A DNA stretch of 64,000 nt from Brevundimonas sp. (GCF_046295075.1 NZ_JBKBOC010000001.1:20802-84801), one strand, 5' to 3'. Shown: positions 30,031 through 40,621, counted from the stretch's first letter. Notes: a model not told the origin generated them from the sequence alone. Program-made: numbers and translations.

Positions 30031-31068
30031 TTAAATCGGCAGGATCGCCGTGCCGAACGCGCGCTTCAACTCATGTGCGGCGAAGGTCTGGGCCGCAGCC
30101 GCGTCCGGCACGACCGTCGCCATGCCGAAGAACTCGTGCGTCGAACCGTGGAAGGTCTTGTGGCGCACATCCACGCCAGCCTGTTCCAGCTTTTCGGCCA
30201 GCAATTCGCCCTCCGAACGCAGGGGGTCTATCTCGGCGCAGATGACCGTCGAGGACGGCAGGCCGGTCAGGTTCGCTTTTTCGACGATGTTGATGCGCGG
30301 ATCCTGGGCGTCGGCCTCGCTGGCGAAGATGTGCTTCACGAACCACTTCATCATCGGCTTGTTCAGCGGCTTGGCGTCGGCGTTCTCGACGTAGGACTCA
30401 TTGTCCATGTCCACCCCGGCGACCGGATAGACCAGCACCTGATGTTTCGGCGCCGGCAGGCCGGCGTCGCGCGCCATCATGGACACGCCGATGGCCAGGT
30501 TGCCGCCGGCGCTTTCGCCCATAACCGCCACCTTCTGCGGGTCGCCATTGAAGGTCTGGGCGTTTTCCAGCACCCAGCGATAGGCGGCCAGGGCATCGTC
30601 GTGGGCGGCGGGGAAAGGGTGTTCAGGGGCTTGGCGATAGTGGACCGAGACCACGATCACATCGGCCATCTTGGACACGCCGCGCGGGCCGCCGTCATAG
30701 ACGTCCAAATCGGCGATCACGAAGCCGCCGCCGTGGAAATAGACCACGACCGGATGCAGCTTGTCCTCGGAATGGTCGTGCGGCTTGTAGATGCGGGCCT
30801 GGATCGGACCGGCGGCGCCGGGAATGGTGATGTCGGTCGTCTTGACGCCCAGATCGTCGCTGGGATCCTTGCCGTCCTTGCGCAGCAGGGATTTCACGGC
30901 GTCGGTCGGGGTCGGTTGCTGACGGGCCTCGGCCGGCGACAGGAACTCGATCGGTTTGCCGCCGAGAGACGCCAGTTCGTCCAGCACCTTCTGCATCGGG
31001 CCGTCGGCCTTGGCGGGGGTGTCACGCGGCTTGTCGTTGTCGCCGAACAGCTTGTCTATAATCGACAT
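30031..31068 (-). CDS. HSL-family alpha/beta hydrolase (esterase)
   Basis: HGGG oxyanion motif, GESAGG nucleophile, DPLRSEG and HEFF. Confidence 0.9.
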   Translation of the reverse strand: MSIIDKLFGDNDKPRDTPAKADGPMQKVLDELASLGGKPIEFLSPAEARQQPTPTDAVKSLLRKDGKDPSDDLGVKTTDITIPGAAGPIQARIYKPHDHSEDKLHPVVVYFHGGGFVIADLDVYDGGPRGVSKMADVIVVSVHYRQAPEHPFPAAHDDALAAYRWVLENAQTFNGDPQKVAVMGESAGGNLAIGVSMMARDAGLPAPKHQVLVYPVAGVDMDNESYVENADAKPLNKPMMKWFVKHIFASEADAQDPRINIVEKANLTGLPSSTVICAEIDPLRSEGELLAEKLEQAGVDVRHKTFHGSTHEFFGMATVVPDAAAAQTFAAHELKRAFGTAILPI

Positions 31069-31106
31069 TTTGGGATTCCTGGGGTTCGATTGGGGCTCTT
31101 GACGAC

Positions 31107-31131
31107 AACCCGCCCCACGCATCCTTGTTCC
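31107..31131 (-). promoter_or_regulatory. Candidate SigT-like promoter GGAAC-N16-GGTT
   Basis: One mismatch to consensus, 38 nt upstream of the esterase ATG. Confidence 0.5.
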
Positions 31132-31177
31132 CCGACCGCTTGACTTGGAGCCGGAGTCGGTGGCTTAGGTCGAGTGC

Positions 31178-31362
31178 TCTCGCGGGAGAGTTCTTGACTG
31201 GGAAACCAGGCTCGACGCCGAAGGCGCAACCGCCCCGGAAACGCTCAGGCAAATGGACCGCGACAGCATACGGACGCTGGAAAGTCGCTCACGATGGGCG
31301 CGCCGACGGAGCAAGGCGACATGATTTGGTCGCCGGAATCTCTCAGGCTTCAGGACAGCGGG
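31178..31362 (+). ncRNA. Tandem glycine riboswitch
   Basis: Two aptamers (GGAGAG..CCGAAGGCGCAA..CTCAGG and GGAAAG..CCGACGGAGCAA..TCTCTCAGG) directly upstream of gcvT. Confidence 0.93.
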
Positions 31363-31415
31363 GGCGCGAAGACGGCGGAGCTCCGCCAACAAACGCGACC
31401 GTGAAAGCCTGAACC

Positions 31416-32531
31416 ATGACCGATCAAGCCCTGAAGACCACGCCCCTGAACGCCGCGCACCGCGCCCTCGGGGCCCGGATGGTGGGCTTCGGCGGCTATG
31501 ACATGCCGGTCCAGTATGAGGGCGTCCTGGCCGAGCACCGCTGGACCCGCGAACACGCCGGCCTGTTCGACGTGTCGCACATGGGCCAGTGCAAGATCAC
31601 CGGCGAGGACGCGACCGCCCAGTTCGAGCGTTTCGTGCCCGGCGACTATGAAATCCTGAAGGCCGGCAAGCAGAAATACTCGCTGCTGCTGAACACCGAC
31701 GGCGGCATCATCGACGACCTGATGGCCGGCCGTCCCGACCACGACGGCCTGTTCGTCGTCGTCAACGCCGGCAATAAGGACGAGGACTTCGCCTTCTGGG
31801 AAGCCAATCTTGAAGGCGACGCCAAGCTGACGGTGCTGGACCGCGCCCTGATCGCCATCCAGGGGCCGGAAGCCGCCGAGGTCATGGCGGCGCATGAGCC
31901 GATCCTGGCCGAGATGGGCTTCATGGAATGCGCCCGGCTGATGCTCTTCGGGGCCGACTGCTACGTTTCGCGCTCGGGCTACACCGGCGAGGACGGCTAT
32001 GAGATCTCGGTGCCGGCGGATCAGGCCGAGCGGGTCTGGAACACCATTCTGGAAGACGCCCGCGTCAAGCCGATCGGCCTGGGCGCCCGCGACAGCCTGC
32101 GCCTGGAAGCCGGCCTGCCGCTGCACGGCCACGACATCGACCCGACGACCAGCCCGGTCGAAGGGGCGCTGACCTTCGCCCTGTCCAAGTCGCGCAAGCA
32201 GCGCGCCGACTTTAACGGCGCCGACCGCATCCTGAAGGAACTGGCTGACGGCCCGTCGCGCGTCCGCATCGGCCTGATCGTCAAGGAAGGCGCCCCGGCC
32301 CGCGAAGGCGCCGAGATCGCCGACATGGACGGTAACGTCATCGGCAAGGTCACCTCGGGCGGCCCCTCCCCCACCCTGGGCAAGAACATCGCCATGGGCT
32401 TCGTGCCGCCGGCCTATGCCGCGCTTGGCACGGACCTGAAGGTCATCGTGCGCGGCAAGACCGCCGCCGCCGAAGTCGTCGCCATGCCCTTCGTGGCGCA
32501 ACGCTATTACCGCAAACCGAAGACCGTCTGA
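31416..32531 (+). CDS. gcvT: Glycine cleavage system T protein
   Basis: Motifs [21 protein letters not shown] and [13 protein letters not shown]. Confidence 0.97.
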   Translation: MTDQALKTTPLNAAHRALGARMVGFGGYDMPVQYEGVLAEHRWTREHAGLFDVSHMGQCKITGEDATAQFERFVPGDYEILKAGKQKYSLLLNTDGGIIDDLMAGRPDHDGLFVVVNAGNKDEDFAFWEANLEGDAKLTVLDRALIAIQGPEAAEVMAAHEPILAEMGFMECARLMLFGADCYVSRSGYTGEDGYEISVPADQAERVWNTILEDARVKPIGLGARDSLRLEAGLPLHGHDIDPTTSPVEGALTFALSKSRKQRADFNGADRILKELADGPSRVRIGLIVKEGAPAREGAEIADMDGNVIGKVTSGGPSPTLGKNIAMGFVPPAYAALGTDLKVIVRGKTAAAEVVAMPFVAQRYYRKPKTV

Positions 32532-32541
32532 GGATCAGATC

Positions 32542-32907
32542 ATGAAGTTCACCAAGGATCACGAGTGGGTCAGCCTGGACGGCGACATCGCCACCGTGGG
32601 CATTTCCAAACACGCAGCCGACGCCCTGGGCGACGTGGTGTTCGTGGAAGTGCCTGAAGTCGGCAAGACCGTCGCCAAGGGCGCCAGCTTCGCCGTGGTC
32701 GAGAGCGTCAAGGCCGCATCGGACGTCTATGCCCCCGTCTCGGGCGAAGTGGTCGAGTCCAACGACGCCCTGTCGACCGCGCCGGAAACCGTCAACGCCG
32801 CCCCGGAAGGCGACGGCTGGTTCGCCAAGATCAAGGTGTCGGACGCTGCCGAACTGGACGCCCTGATGGACCAGGCCGCCTACGACGCCTTCCTCGCCAC
32901 CCTCTAA
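32542..32907 (+). CDS. gcvH: Glycine cleavage system H protein
   Basis: Motifs TKDHEW and lipoyl-lysine VESVKAASD. Confidence 0.97.
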   Translation: MKFTKDHEWVSLDGDIATVGISKHAADALGDVVFVEVPEVGKTVAKGASFAVVESVKAASDVYAPVSGEVVESNDALSTAPETVNAAPEGDGWFAKIKVSDAAELDALMDQAAYDAFLATL

Positions 32908-32916
32908 GACCCATCG

Positions 32917-32943
32917 GACCCGCTGATGAAGAGTCAGCGGGTC
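32917..32943 (+). terminator. Intra-operon stem-loop after gcvH
   Basis: 10-bp perfect stem gacccgctga/tcagcgggtc. Confidence 0.5.
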
Positions 32944-32972
32944 TTCGGCCTTTCACGGCCCAGGACAAGACC

Positions 32973-34319
32973 ATGCGTTATCTCCCCCTGACGCCCGACG
33001 ACCGCACGGCGATGCTCGCCGCCATCGGCGCGAAATCGATCGACGACCTGTTCGTGGACGTGCCCGAGGCGGCGCGGCTGGACGGGCCGGTGGATCTGCC
33101 GCGCGTGGCGGGCGAGATGGAGGTCGAACGCGCCCTGTCGGCCATGGCGGCCAAGAACGCCACGGCCGGCGCCGTGCCCTTCTTCTGCGGCGCAGGGGCC
33201 TACAAGCACCATGTCCCGGCGACGGTGGATCACGTGATCCAGCGCTCGGAGTTCCTGACCAGCTACACCCCCTACCAGCCGGAAATCGCCCAGGGCACGT
33301 TGCAGTACCTGTATGAATTCCAGACCCAGGTCGCGAACCTGACCGGCATGCCGGTGGCAAACGCCTCCCTCTATGACGGGTCGACCGCCATGGCCGAGGG
33401 CGTGCTGATGGCAACCCGCGTGACCCGCCGCAACAAGGCGGTGATCAGCGGCGGGGTCCACCCCCACTACGTCAAGGCGACCGAGACCGTGGTCCACGCC
33501 GTCGGCGTCGAGACACAAGTCCTGGCCCCGGCCTTCGACGCCGAGGCCGCCGTGATCGACCAGATCGGTCCCGACACCGCCTGCGTCGTCGTCCAGACCC
33601 CGAACGTCTTCGGCACGGCGACGGATGTCACCAGGATCGCCGAGGCCGCCCACGCCGCCGGCGCCCTGCTGATCGTCGTGGTCACAGAGGCCGTGTCCAT
33701 GGGCCTGCTGAAGTCGCCTGGCGAGATGGGCGCCGACATCGTCGCGGCCGAGGGCCAATCGATTGGCAACGCCCTGAACTTCGGCGGCCCCTATGTCGGC
33801 CTGTTCGCCACGCGCGAGAAGCTGATCCGCCAGATGCCCGGCCGCCTGACCGGCGAGACCGTGGACGCCGACGGCGAGCGCGGCTTCGTCCTGACGCTGT
33901 CGACGCGGGAACAGCACATCCGCCGCGACAAAGCGACGTCGAACATCTGCACCAACTCGGGCCTCTGCACCCTGGCCTTCACCATCCACATGAGCCTGCT
34001 GGGCGAGACGGGCCTGCGCAAACTGGCCCTGCTGAACCACGAGAAGGCGGTCGCCACGCGCGACGCCCTGGCCGCCATCCCCGGCGTCGAAATCCTGACC
34101 TCGCGCTTCTTCAACGAGTTCGCGGTGCGCCTGCCGAAGAACGCGGCCGAGGTTGTGGATGCCCTGGCTGGGCACCATATTTTGGCGGGCGTGCCCTACA
34201 GCCGCCTGGCCCCCGACGCTGGTATGGATGACGTCCTGCTGGTCGCCGCGACCGAGACGACGCTGGATGCCGACATCCAGATCCTCGCCAAGAGCCTGTC
34301 GAAGGTGCTGGCGGGATGA
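32973..34319 (+). CDS. gcvPA: Glycine dehydrogenase subunit 1
   Basis: Motifs [18 protein letters not shown] and [18 protein letters not shown]. Confidence 0.96.
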   Translation: MRYLPLTPDDRTAMLAAIGAKSIDDLFVDVPEAARLDGPVDLPRVAGEMEVERALSAMAAKNATAGAVPFFCGAGAYKHHVPATVDHVIQRSEFLTSYTPYQPEIAQGTLQYLYEFQTQVANLTGMPVANASLYDGSTAMAEGVLMATRVTRRNKAVISGGVHPHYVKATETVVHAVGVETQVLAPAFDAEAAVIDQIGPDTACVVVQTPNVFGTATDVTRIAEAAHAAGALLIVVVTEAVSMGLLKSPGEMGADIVAAEGQSIGNALNFGGPYVGLFATREKLIRQMPGRLTGETVDADGERGFVLTLSTREQHIRRDKATSNICTNSGLCTLAFTIHMSLLGETGLRKLALLNHEKAVATRDALAAIPGVEILTSRFFNEFAVRLPKNAAEVVDALAGHHILAGVPYSRLAPDAGMDDVLLVAATETTLDADIQILAKSLSKVLAG

Positions 34320-34855
34320 AATTAGAAGTTGCCATTTGCGTCGGGATTCTAGGTTTCTGCCTAGTGACGACTGCGAGTGCGCAAGCGAATCGCGCCTCCC
34401 AACCTGCGTTGATTTCCGACGAAATAATCGGAAATGGTGAGGGCGACTGGGGGCCTGTTATCGAGTGGATTCAGAGGAACGTGCCTTCAGAAAACTTCGA
34501 CGAGCTCGCAACGATGAACACGTCAATGGCGGTCTGGGTAGATTCAGGTTCGCTTGTTCGCACTGGATCGAATGTAAAAGCCTGGGTTCACATAGAGATC
34601 TTCTCAGAAGAAGGCGCTCAAGCAGCCGGATTCCGATCAATGATGTTGCTTCATGAATACCGCTGCGACACCCGGCAACAGCGTCAGCTAGCTGGCGCCA
34701 GTTATTCAGGCACTGATAGGTCGGGAATAGCCGACGAGTTCAATGAAAGTCGCCCTAGTGCTTGGCGCTTTATTCGTCCTGACCAAATCGACGACGAAAT
34801 TTTAAACGCTGCCTGCAATGGCACCCGCATATTTGATGGAACAGCCGTCCAATGA
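34316..34855 (+). CDS. Low-GC secreted protein with surface-adhesin-E-like domain, inserted in the gcv operon
   Basis: Signal peptide and pattern VD..S..R.G..VKAW...EYRC..R.......W..I.PD......AC. First 60-nt line counted at about 50% GC. ATGA overlaps at both ends. Confidence 0.75.
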   Translation: MKLEVAICVGILGFCLVTTASAQANRASQPALISDEIIGNGEGDWGPVIEWIQRNVPSENFDELATMNTSMAVWVDSGSLVRTGSNVKAWVHIEIFSEEGAQAAGFRSMMLLHEYRCDTRQQRQLAGASYSGTDRSGIADEFNESRPSAWRFIRPDQIDDEILNAACNGTRIFDGTAVQ

Positions 34856-36420
34856 GCACCATGAACACCGTCGGGCGCCCGACCGCCCCGAACCAAGTCC
34901 AGACCAAGCCCGCCACCCTGACCGGCGGTCGCGGACTGTTGCAGAACGAAGCCTTGATCTTCGAAGGCGACGGCTGGGGCAAGACCGGCGTCGACCTGCC
35001 GGAACCCAAGACTGACGGCTCCGACCTTGGCGACCTGGTCCGCAAGGATCCGATCGGCCTGCCCGGCCTGTCGGAGCCGGAAACCATGCGCCACTATGTG
35101 CGCCTGAGCCAAAAGAACCACGCCATCGACCTGGCCATCTATCCGCTGGGCTCGTGCACGATGAAGCACAACCCGCGCCTGAACGAGAAGATGGCTCGCC
35201 TGGCCGGCTTCTCGGACATCCACCCGCTGCAGCCGATCTCGACGGTGCAAGGCGCGCTGGAGCTGATGGATACGCTGGCCCACTGGCTGAAGACCCTAAC
35301 CGGCATGCCCGCCGTGGCCCTGTCGCCCAAGGCCGGCGCGCACGGCGAACTGTGCGGGCTGATGGCGATCCGTGCGGCCCATGAGGCCTCGGGCCAGCAT
35401 GAGAAGCGCCGCAAGGTGCTGGTGCCCACCAGCGCCCACGGCACCAACCCGGCCACCGCCGCCTTCGTCGGCTACACCGTCGTCGAGGTCGCCCAGACCG
35501 AAGACGGCCGCGTGGACGTGGCCGATCTGGCCGCTAAGCTGGGTGACGACGTGGCCGCCATCATGGTGACCAACCCCAACACCTGCGGCCTGTTCGAGCG
35601 CGACATCCTGGAGATCAGCCGCCTGACCCACGAAGCCGGCGCCTATTTCTACTGCGACGGCGCCAACTTCAACGCCATCGTCGGCCGGGTGCGTCCGGGC
35701 GACCTGGGCGTCGACGCCATGCACATCAACCTGCACAAGACCTTCTCGACGCCGCACGGCGGCGGCGGTCCGGGCGCGGGTCCGGTGGTGCTGTCCGAAG
35801 CCCTGGCGCCCTTCGCCCCGGCCCCCTGGGTCGTGCACGACGACAACGGCTATCGCCTGATCGAGCGCGAGGAGGACGAGGCGGTTCAGGCCTTCGGCCG
35901 TCTGTGCGCCTTCCAGGGCCAGATGGGCATGTATGTGCGCGCCCTGTCCTACATGATGTCGCACGGCGCCGACGGCCTGCGTCAGGTCGCCGAGGACGCG
36001 GTGTTGAACGCCAACTATATCAAGGCCCGCCTGTCGGACCTGATGTCGGCGGCCTTCCCCGACGGCCCCTGCATGCACGAGGCCCTGTTCGACGACGAAT
36101 GGCTGAAGGGCACGGACATCACCACGCTCGACTTCGCCAAGGCGATGATCGACGAGGGCTTCCACCCGATGACCATGTATTTCCCGCTGGTCGTCCACGG
36201 CGCCATGCTGATCGAGCCGACGGAAACCGAATCCAAGGCCGAACTGGATCGCTTCATCCACGCCATGCGCCTGCTGGCCCAGGCGGCGAAAGCCGGCGAC
36301 GTCGACCGCTTCAAGGGCGCCCCCTTCCACGCCCCCCTGAAGCGCCTGGACGAAACCCGCGCCGCCCGTTCGCCGGTCCTGCGCTGGTCGGCCCCGGCAG
36401 GCTCGAACCAGGCGGCGTAA
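34852..36420 (+). CDS. gcvPB: Glycine dehydrogenase subunit 2
   Basis: Motifs YPLGSCTMKHNP and PLP-lysine HINLHKTFSTPHGGGGPG. Confidence 0.96.
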   Translation: MSTMNTVGRPTAPNQVQTKPATLTGGRGLLQNEALIFEGDGWGKTGVDLPEPKTDGSDLGDLVRKDPIGLPGLSEPETMRHYVRLSQKNHAIDLAIYPLGSCTMKHNPRLNEKMARLAGFSDIHPLQPISTVQGALELMDTLAHWLKTLTGMPAVALSPKAGAHGELCGLMAIRAAHEASGQHEKRRKVLVPTSAHGTNPATAAFVGYTVVEVAQTEDGRVDVADLAAKLGDDVAAIMVTNPNTCGLFERDILEISRLTHEAGAYFYCDGANFNAIVGRVRPGDLGVDAMHINLHKTFSTPHGGGGPGAGPVVLSEALAPFAPAPWVVHDDNGYRLIEREEDEAVQAFGRLCAFQGQMGMYVRALSYMMSHGADGLRQVAEDAVLNANYIKARLSDLMSAAFPDGPCMHEALFDDEWLKGTDITTLDFAKAMIDEGFHPMTMYFPLVVHGAMLIEPTETESKAELDRFIHAMRLLAQAAKAGDVDRFKGAPFHAPLKRLDETRAARSPVLRWSAPAGSNQAA

Positions 36421-36431
36421 ACCTAAAGCCC

Positions 36432-36539
36432 CGTCATCCTAGGGCTTGTCCCTAGGATCCAGACTCCCGGTGTTTGACGAGAGTGCTCCCTGCGGACGCA
36501 CCGGGAGCCTGAACCCTCGCCACAAGGGCGAGAATGACG
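36432..36539. repeat. REP/REPIN-like element, family A copy 4 (degenerate)
   Basis: Ends cgtcatcctagggcttgtccctaggatcca ... ccctcgccacaagggcgagaatgacg. Confidence 0.8.
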
Positions 36540-36557
36540 TCGTTTAAACGGCGACCT

Positions 36558-37163
36558 CTAGCGTGCCGCCCGTCTCAGCGCCGCAAAGGCCGCGCGCCCG
36601 AACGTCTCCGGCGGTGCGTCTGGGCGGGCCAGCCAGGCGTCCAGCGACAGCTTCATGATGCTGACCGCCGTCCCGGCGACGACGCGGCAGGCGATGTCGT
36701 CGGACGCCAGGCCCTTGCGCGCCGCCAGGGCCTCGGCCAGCAGCCGCTCGACCTGTTCGTATTTGGCTTGGTCGCCCGCCCTCAACGAGGGTGTGCCGTG
36801 GATCAGGACGGCCACCGCCTTGGTCTCTTCGGACTGAGGTTGCTGGGCCAGATCGACCAGGGCGTTCTCCACCATGTCCAGCAGGGGTTCGTCCGCCGGC
36901 CGCGCGGCTATGGCGTCCGCGACTATTTGCGGAAACCCAGCCTTGGCCGAAAAGACGATCTCCTCCTTGGACCCGAAATAGTTCAGCAGGGTCCGGCGCG
37001 ACACGTCCGCCGCCTGCGCCACATCGTCCAGGGTCGTCGCCTCGAACCCCCTGTCGAGGAACAGACGCATGCCCTCGGCCTGGATACGGGCGTGCGTCTC
37101 CAGCCGTTTGCGCTCGCGCAGGCCTTGATCGGCGGTAAGAATCTTTTCTTGCACTTCTTGCAT
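36558..37163 (-). CDS. TetR/AcrR family regulator
   Basis: HTH segment GFEATTLDDVAQAADVSRRTLLNYFGSKE. Confidence 0.92.
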   Translation of the reverse strand: MQEVQEKILTADQGLRERKRLETHARIQAEGMRLFLDRGFEATTLDDVAQAADVSRRTLLNYFGSKEEIVFSAKAGFPQIVADAIAARPADEPLLDMVENALVDLAQQPQSEETKAVAVLIHGTPSLRAGDQAKYEQVERLLAEALAARKGLASDDIACRVVAGTAVSIMKLSLDAWLARPDAPPETFGRAAFAALRRAAR

Positions 37164-37188
37164 ATTTGCACCGGATGCAGATATGCAA
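37158..37188. promoter_or_regulatory. Probable TetR operator (31-bp imperfect palindrome)
   Basis: ttgcatatttgcaccggatgcagatatgcaa overlaps the tetR start codon in the divergent gap. Confidence 0.7.
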
Positions 37189-37233
37189 GCCGGAACCCTT
37201 CGAGACAGCATGTTTAAGCGACAGGATAGCGAA

Positions 37234-38178
37234 ATGACGACCTGGACCACAGACGATATTCCCGACCAAAGCGGCAAGCTTGTCATCATTACAGGCGCGA
37301 CCGGTGGTCTAGGCCTGGAAACCGCCCTCGTACTGGCCGCAAAAGGCGCCGAAGTGGTGCTGGCCGCCCGCAATCCAACCAAGGGGGCCGAGGCCGAGCG
37401 GCTGATCCGCGCACGACATCCCGGCGCAGACGTGAGGTTTGACCTGCTGGACCTGGGCGACCTGTCCTCCATCGCCGCTTTCGCCGATCGCCAGCTTGAG
37501 GCTGGACGGCCAATCGACATCCTGATCAACAACGCGGGCGTCATGGCCCTGCCGAAACGACTGACCACGGCCGATGGCTTCGAGATGCAGTTCGGCACCA
37601 ACTACCTGTCCCACTTCGCCCTGACGGGGCGGCTGCTGCCACTGCTCAGCGCAACCCATTCCAGGCATGAGGGGGCGCGCGTGGTGCAACTGTCCAGCAT
37701 CGCCCACAGAGGCGGGCGCATCCGCCTCGACGATCCGAACTACGAAAAGACGGCCTACAAGCCATGGCCGGTCTATCAGCAGTCCAAGCTGGCCATGCTG
37801 ATGTTCGCCATCGAACTGGACCGGCGCAGCCAGGCGCAGGGCTGGAAGCTGACCAGCGCGGCGGCCCACCCCGGCTTCGCCCGGACCGACCTGATCGCCA
37901 ATGGTCCGGCCCAGTCGGGCGCGGGTGGATTGATGATGGCGGCGGGGCGACTGCTTCAGCCCTTCATCAGCCATTCCGCAGCAGACGGCGCCCTGCCGAC
38001 GCTGCTGGCCGCCACGGGGCCCACCGTGAAGGGGGGCGACTACTATGGACCGCAACGCGTCATGGAGATGAAGGGACCGCCGGGCCCCGCCGAGATCAAG
38101 CCCCAGGCCCGCGACGCCGAGGTCGCGCGCCGGCTGTGGGCGGAATCCGAGCGTCTGACCGGCGTCCACTACGGCTGA
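37234..38178 (+). CDS. SDR family oxidoreductase (retinol dehydrogenase-like)
   Basis: Motifs TGATGGLG, NNAG, YQQSK and HPGFART. Confidence 0.92.
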   Translation: MTTWTTDDIPDQSGKLVIITGATGGLGLETALVLAAKGAEVVLAARNPTKGAEAERLIRARHPGADVRFDLLDLGDLSSIAAFADRQLEAGRPIDILINNAGVMALPKRLTTADGFEMQFGTNYLSHFALTGRLLPLLSATHSRHEGARVVQLSSIAHRGGRIRLDDPNYEKTAYKPWPVYQQSKLAMLMFAIELDRRSQAQGWKLTSAAAHPGFARTDLIANGPAQSGAGGLMMAAGRLLQPFISHSAADGALPTLLAATGPTVKGGDYYGPQRVMEMKGPPGPAEIKPQARDAEVARRLWAESERLTGVHYG

Positions 38179-38381
38179 TCCGTGTCGCGTCGGCAACAGC
38201 CGGCGAACGACTGCGGTTCATGACCAAAGCTTCATTCGCCGGACACCGATCCGCCATCGACGCAGGGTCTTAAGAAGTTTGTGGCAAGGTCGTCACGGTC
38301 GTCTTTTCCTTTCCCGACGAGGGATCGCGCGGCCGTGGCGACCGTTGTCATAACGACCTCCCCTCCCCATCTGGCGTATCC

Positions 38382-38786
38382 GTGACCTCCCTCTCCGTTC
38401 TCCTCGCTCAGCCTTCGAAACCGCGCAGCCGCACGCTGCGTCTGGTGAAACGCTGGGCGCTGATGATCGGTGGCCTGTTTGTGGTGCTGCTGGGGATTTT
38501 GATCGCGCCCCTGCCGGGGCCTGGCGGGATTCCGGTCATCGCTGTGGGCCTGATGCTGATCCTGAAGAGCTCGTTCTGGGCCAAGCGCCAGTTCATCCGC
38601 GCCCAGTACGCCCGCCCCAAATGGGTCTATCCTTTCCGTCGCCTGATGCGGAAGAAGCCTGAGTTCGCGCCCGTCTTCTGGCAACAGGCCCTTCGCGCCG
38701 AAAAAGTGGTGGTTAAGCGATCCGGTCGTCGCCTGTCGCGCGGCCGCAAACAGGTGCGGCGTTATTTCCGCAAGCTGTTCCGCTAG
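38382..38786 (+). CDS. PGPGW-like domain membrane protein
   Basis: Segment APLPGPGGIPVIAVGL followed by a basic tail. Confidence 0.75.
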   Translation: MTSLSVLLAQPSKPRSRTLRLVKRWALMIGGLFVVLLGILIAPLPGPGGIPVIAVGLMLILKSSFWAKRQFIRAQYARPKWVYPFRRLMRKKPEFAPVFWQQALRAEKVVVKRSGRRLSRGRKQVRRYFRKLFR

Positions 38787-38918
38787 TTAGCGGATATTGT
38801 TGCGGTTGCGTTGCTGCAACCGCTAACCACGGCAACGTGAACGCAGTCCTCCCCAGTCAGGCGTATCCTGTCAGCGCGTTATCAGAGAACCACTCATGCG
38901 TTGGGAGGCGCTAAGGTC

Positions 38919-39389
38919 ATGATGTCACGCGTACAAAAGGGTCTGATCGCCGGGTTTGCGGCGACCATGGCCGTATCCTTGCTCGAAATACCCAATCTGT
39001 TCCTCAACTGGTTCGATCCCTTCCAAGGGGTCATCGCCAGCATGATGGGCATGCCTGGAAATCTGGCCGCCGGGTGGGTGGTCCACGTCATCAGCGGCGT
39101 CTTCATCCTGGGGCCGCTGTTCGCCATCCTGTGTCCCCGACTGCCGACCGATACGCCCGAGACCAAGGGCATCGTCTTCGCCGTCGGCGCCTGGGTGCTG
39201 ATGATGGCGGTGATCGTCATGTTCGGAAACTACCGAACCTTCACGGCCGGCGCCGGCTTCGGCACCTTCGCCTGGCTGCTGATCACCCACGCCGTGTTCG
39301 GCATCGTGCTGGGCAATGTCTATGCCCGGCTGGTGGCGCGCGACAAGCGTATGGGCGCCACGATCATCGGCGGCGCACACGCCCACTGA
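38919..39389 (+). CDS. Four-TM hypothetical membrane protein (DUF6789/DUF1440-like)
   Basis: GGAGG RBS; two intramembrane His motifs (WVVHVISG, LITHAVFG). Confidence 0.72.
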   Translation: MMSRVQKGLIAGFAATMAVSLLEIPNLFLNWFDPFQGVIASMMGMPGNLAAGWVVHVISGVFILGPLFAILCPRLPTDTPETKGIVFAVGAWVLMMAVIVMFGNYRTFTAGAGFGTFAWLLITHAVFGIVLGNVYARLVARDKRMGATIIGGAHAH

Positions 39390-39407
39390 CCACGGCTTGA
39401 GCGCCCA

Positions 39408-39448
39408 AGAAAAAGGCCCCCAACGGCGACGTCGGGGGCCTTGTTTCA
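39408..39448. terminator. Bidirectional intrinsic terminator
   Basis: Stem aaggccccc/gggggcctt flanked by A and T runs between convergent genes. Confidence 0.8.
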
Positions 39449-39465
39449 TTCAGCGTGAGTGCGGA

Positions 39466-39981
39466 TCAGTTCAGGCGATCGCCGATCTGGGCGATGGCGC
39501 TGTCCAGCAACGGATCCTTGGCGCCGCTGGCGATGCGGGCGGTCAGGATCTGTTCGGCGGTCTTGGCGGCCAGGTCGGCGGCGGCGGCCTTGACCTCGGC
39601 GGAGGCCTGGGCCTCGGCCTGGGCGATACGGGTCTCGGCCATCTTCTGGCGACGGGCCAGGGTCTCTTCCAGCTTGGCCTTGGTCTCGACTTCCAGACGA
39701 CGGGCGTCGGCCTCGGCCTGAGCCATCATCTCGGCGGCCTGGGCCTCGGCCTCGGCCTTTTCCTTACGGATCTGGACCAGCAGGGCCTCGGCCTCGGCGC
39801 GCAGACGGGCGGCCTCGTCCAGGTCCGCCTGGATCTTGGCGGCCTTGGCGTCCAGGGCCTTGGCGGCGATCTTGGGCACGCCGGCGGCGACCAGGATGCC
39901 GAAGAACAGGATCAGGCCGATGCCGACCCAGATCTCCGCATTGGCGAAGCTCCAGATGCCGTGTTCGAAGATCAGGTTCAT
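39466..39981 (-). CDS. atpF: F0 ATP synthase subunit b
   Basis: N-terminal TM, coiled coil and operon position. Confidence 0.92.
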   Translation of the reverse strand: MNLIFEHGIWSFANAEIWVGIGLILFFGILVAAGVPKIAAKALDAKAAKIQADLDEAARLRAEAEALLVQIRKEKAEAEAQAAEMMAQAEADARRLEVETKAKLEETLARRQKMAETRIAQAEAQASAEVKAAAADLAAKTAEQILTARIASGAKDPLLDSAIAQIGDRLN

Positions 39982-40553
39982 CAGGCGGCTCCCTTGACGG
40001 CAGCCAGCTCGGCTGCGGTCGCGGCCTTGCCGGTCAGACGCTCGACCATGGCGGCGGTCGTGTCGGAGGCGATGGTGGAGACATTGGCCATGGCGGCGTC
40101 GCGCGTCTTGCCGATGGAGGCCTCGGCCTCGGCGATGCGCGCGTTGACGATCGCTTCTTCCGCAGCCTGGCGGGCGTTGGCGTCCTCGGTCACGCGGGCC
40201 TTGGCGGCGGCGGCCATCGAACGGGCGTCGGCGCGGGCCTTGGCGACTTCGGCCTGAGCGAGAGCGGCCTGTTCGGCGGCCTCGGCCTGGACCTGACGCG
40301 CGGTGGCGACGGCGGTGGAAATGGTGTCGGCCCGTTCGTCCATCACCTTGCGAAGGCGTGGCGCGAAGACCTTGGAGACCAGCAGATACAGGACGACGAA
40401 CAGGATCAGCAGATAGCCGATCTGGCCCGCCCAGTGTTCGAACTGGAATTGCGGCAGGCCGCCCGAGCCGTGCTCGGCGGCGGTCGCCGTCTCGGCGTGC
40501 AGGTCCGCTTCGACCGAAGCCGGGACTGCATGGTTGGATTGGGTGCTGGCCAT
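39981..40553 (-). CDS. atpG: F0 ATP synthase subunit b'
   Basis: Segment GLPQFQFEHWAGQIGYL, TM and coiled coil. Confidence 0.88.
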   Translation of the reverse strand: MASTQSNHAVPASVEADLHAETATAAEHGSGGLPQFQFEHWAGQIGYLLILFVVLYLLVSKVFAPRLRKVMDERADTISTAVATARQVQAEAAEQAALAQAEVAKARADARSMAAAAKARVTEDANARQAAEEAIVNARIAEAEASIGKTRDAAMANVSTIASDTTAAMVERLTGKAATAAELAAVKGAA

Positions 40554-40621
40554 GAACCGTCTACTGCAGGATCAGATGAAGCGGCGCGCGGGCGAACCCC
40601 GCGCGCCGTAATCGGCTGATA

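Noticed and set aside
31178-31362. Tandem riboswitch as a novel RNA
   Set aside because: It matches the well-known tandem glycine riboswitch upstream of gcvT.
32908-32972. CTGATGA string suggesting a hammerhead ribozyme
   Set aside because: It lies in a simple 10-bp hairpin, with no stem II followed by GAAA and no stem I/III arrangement.
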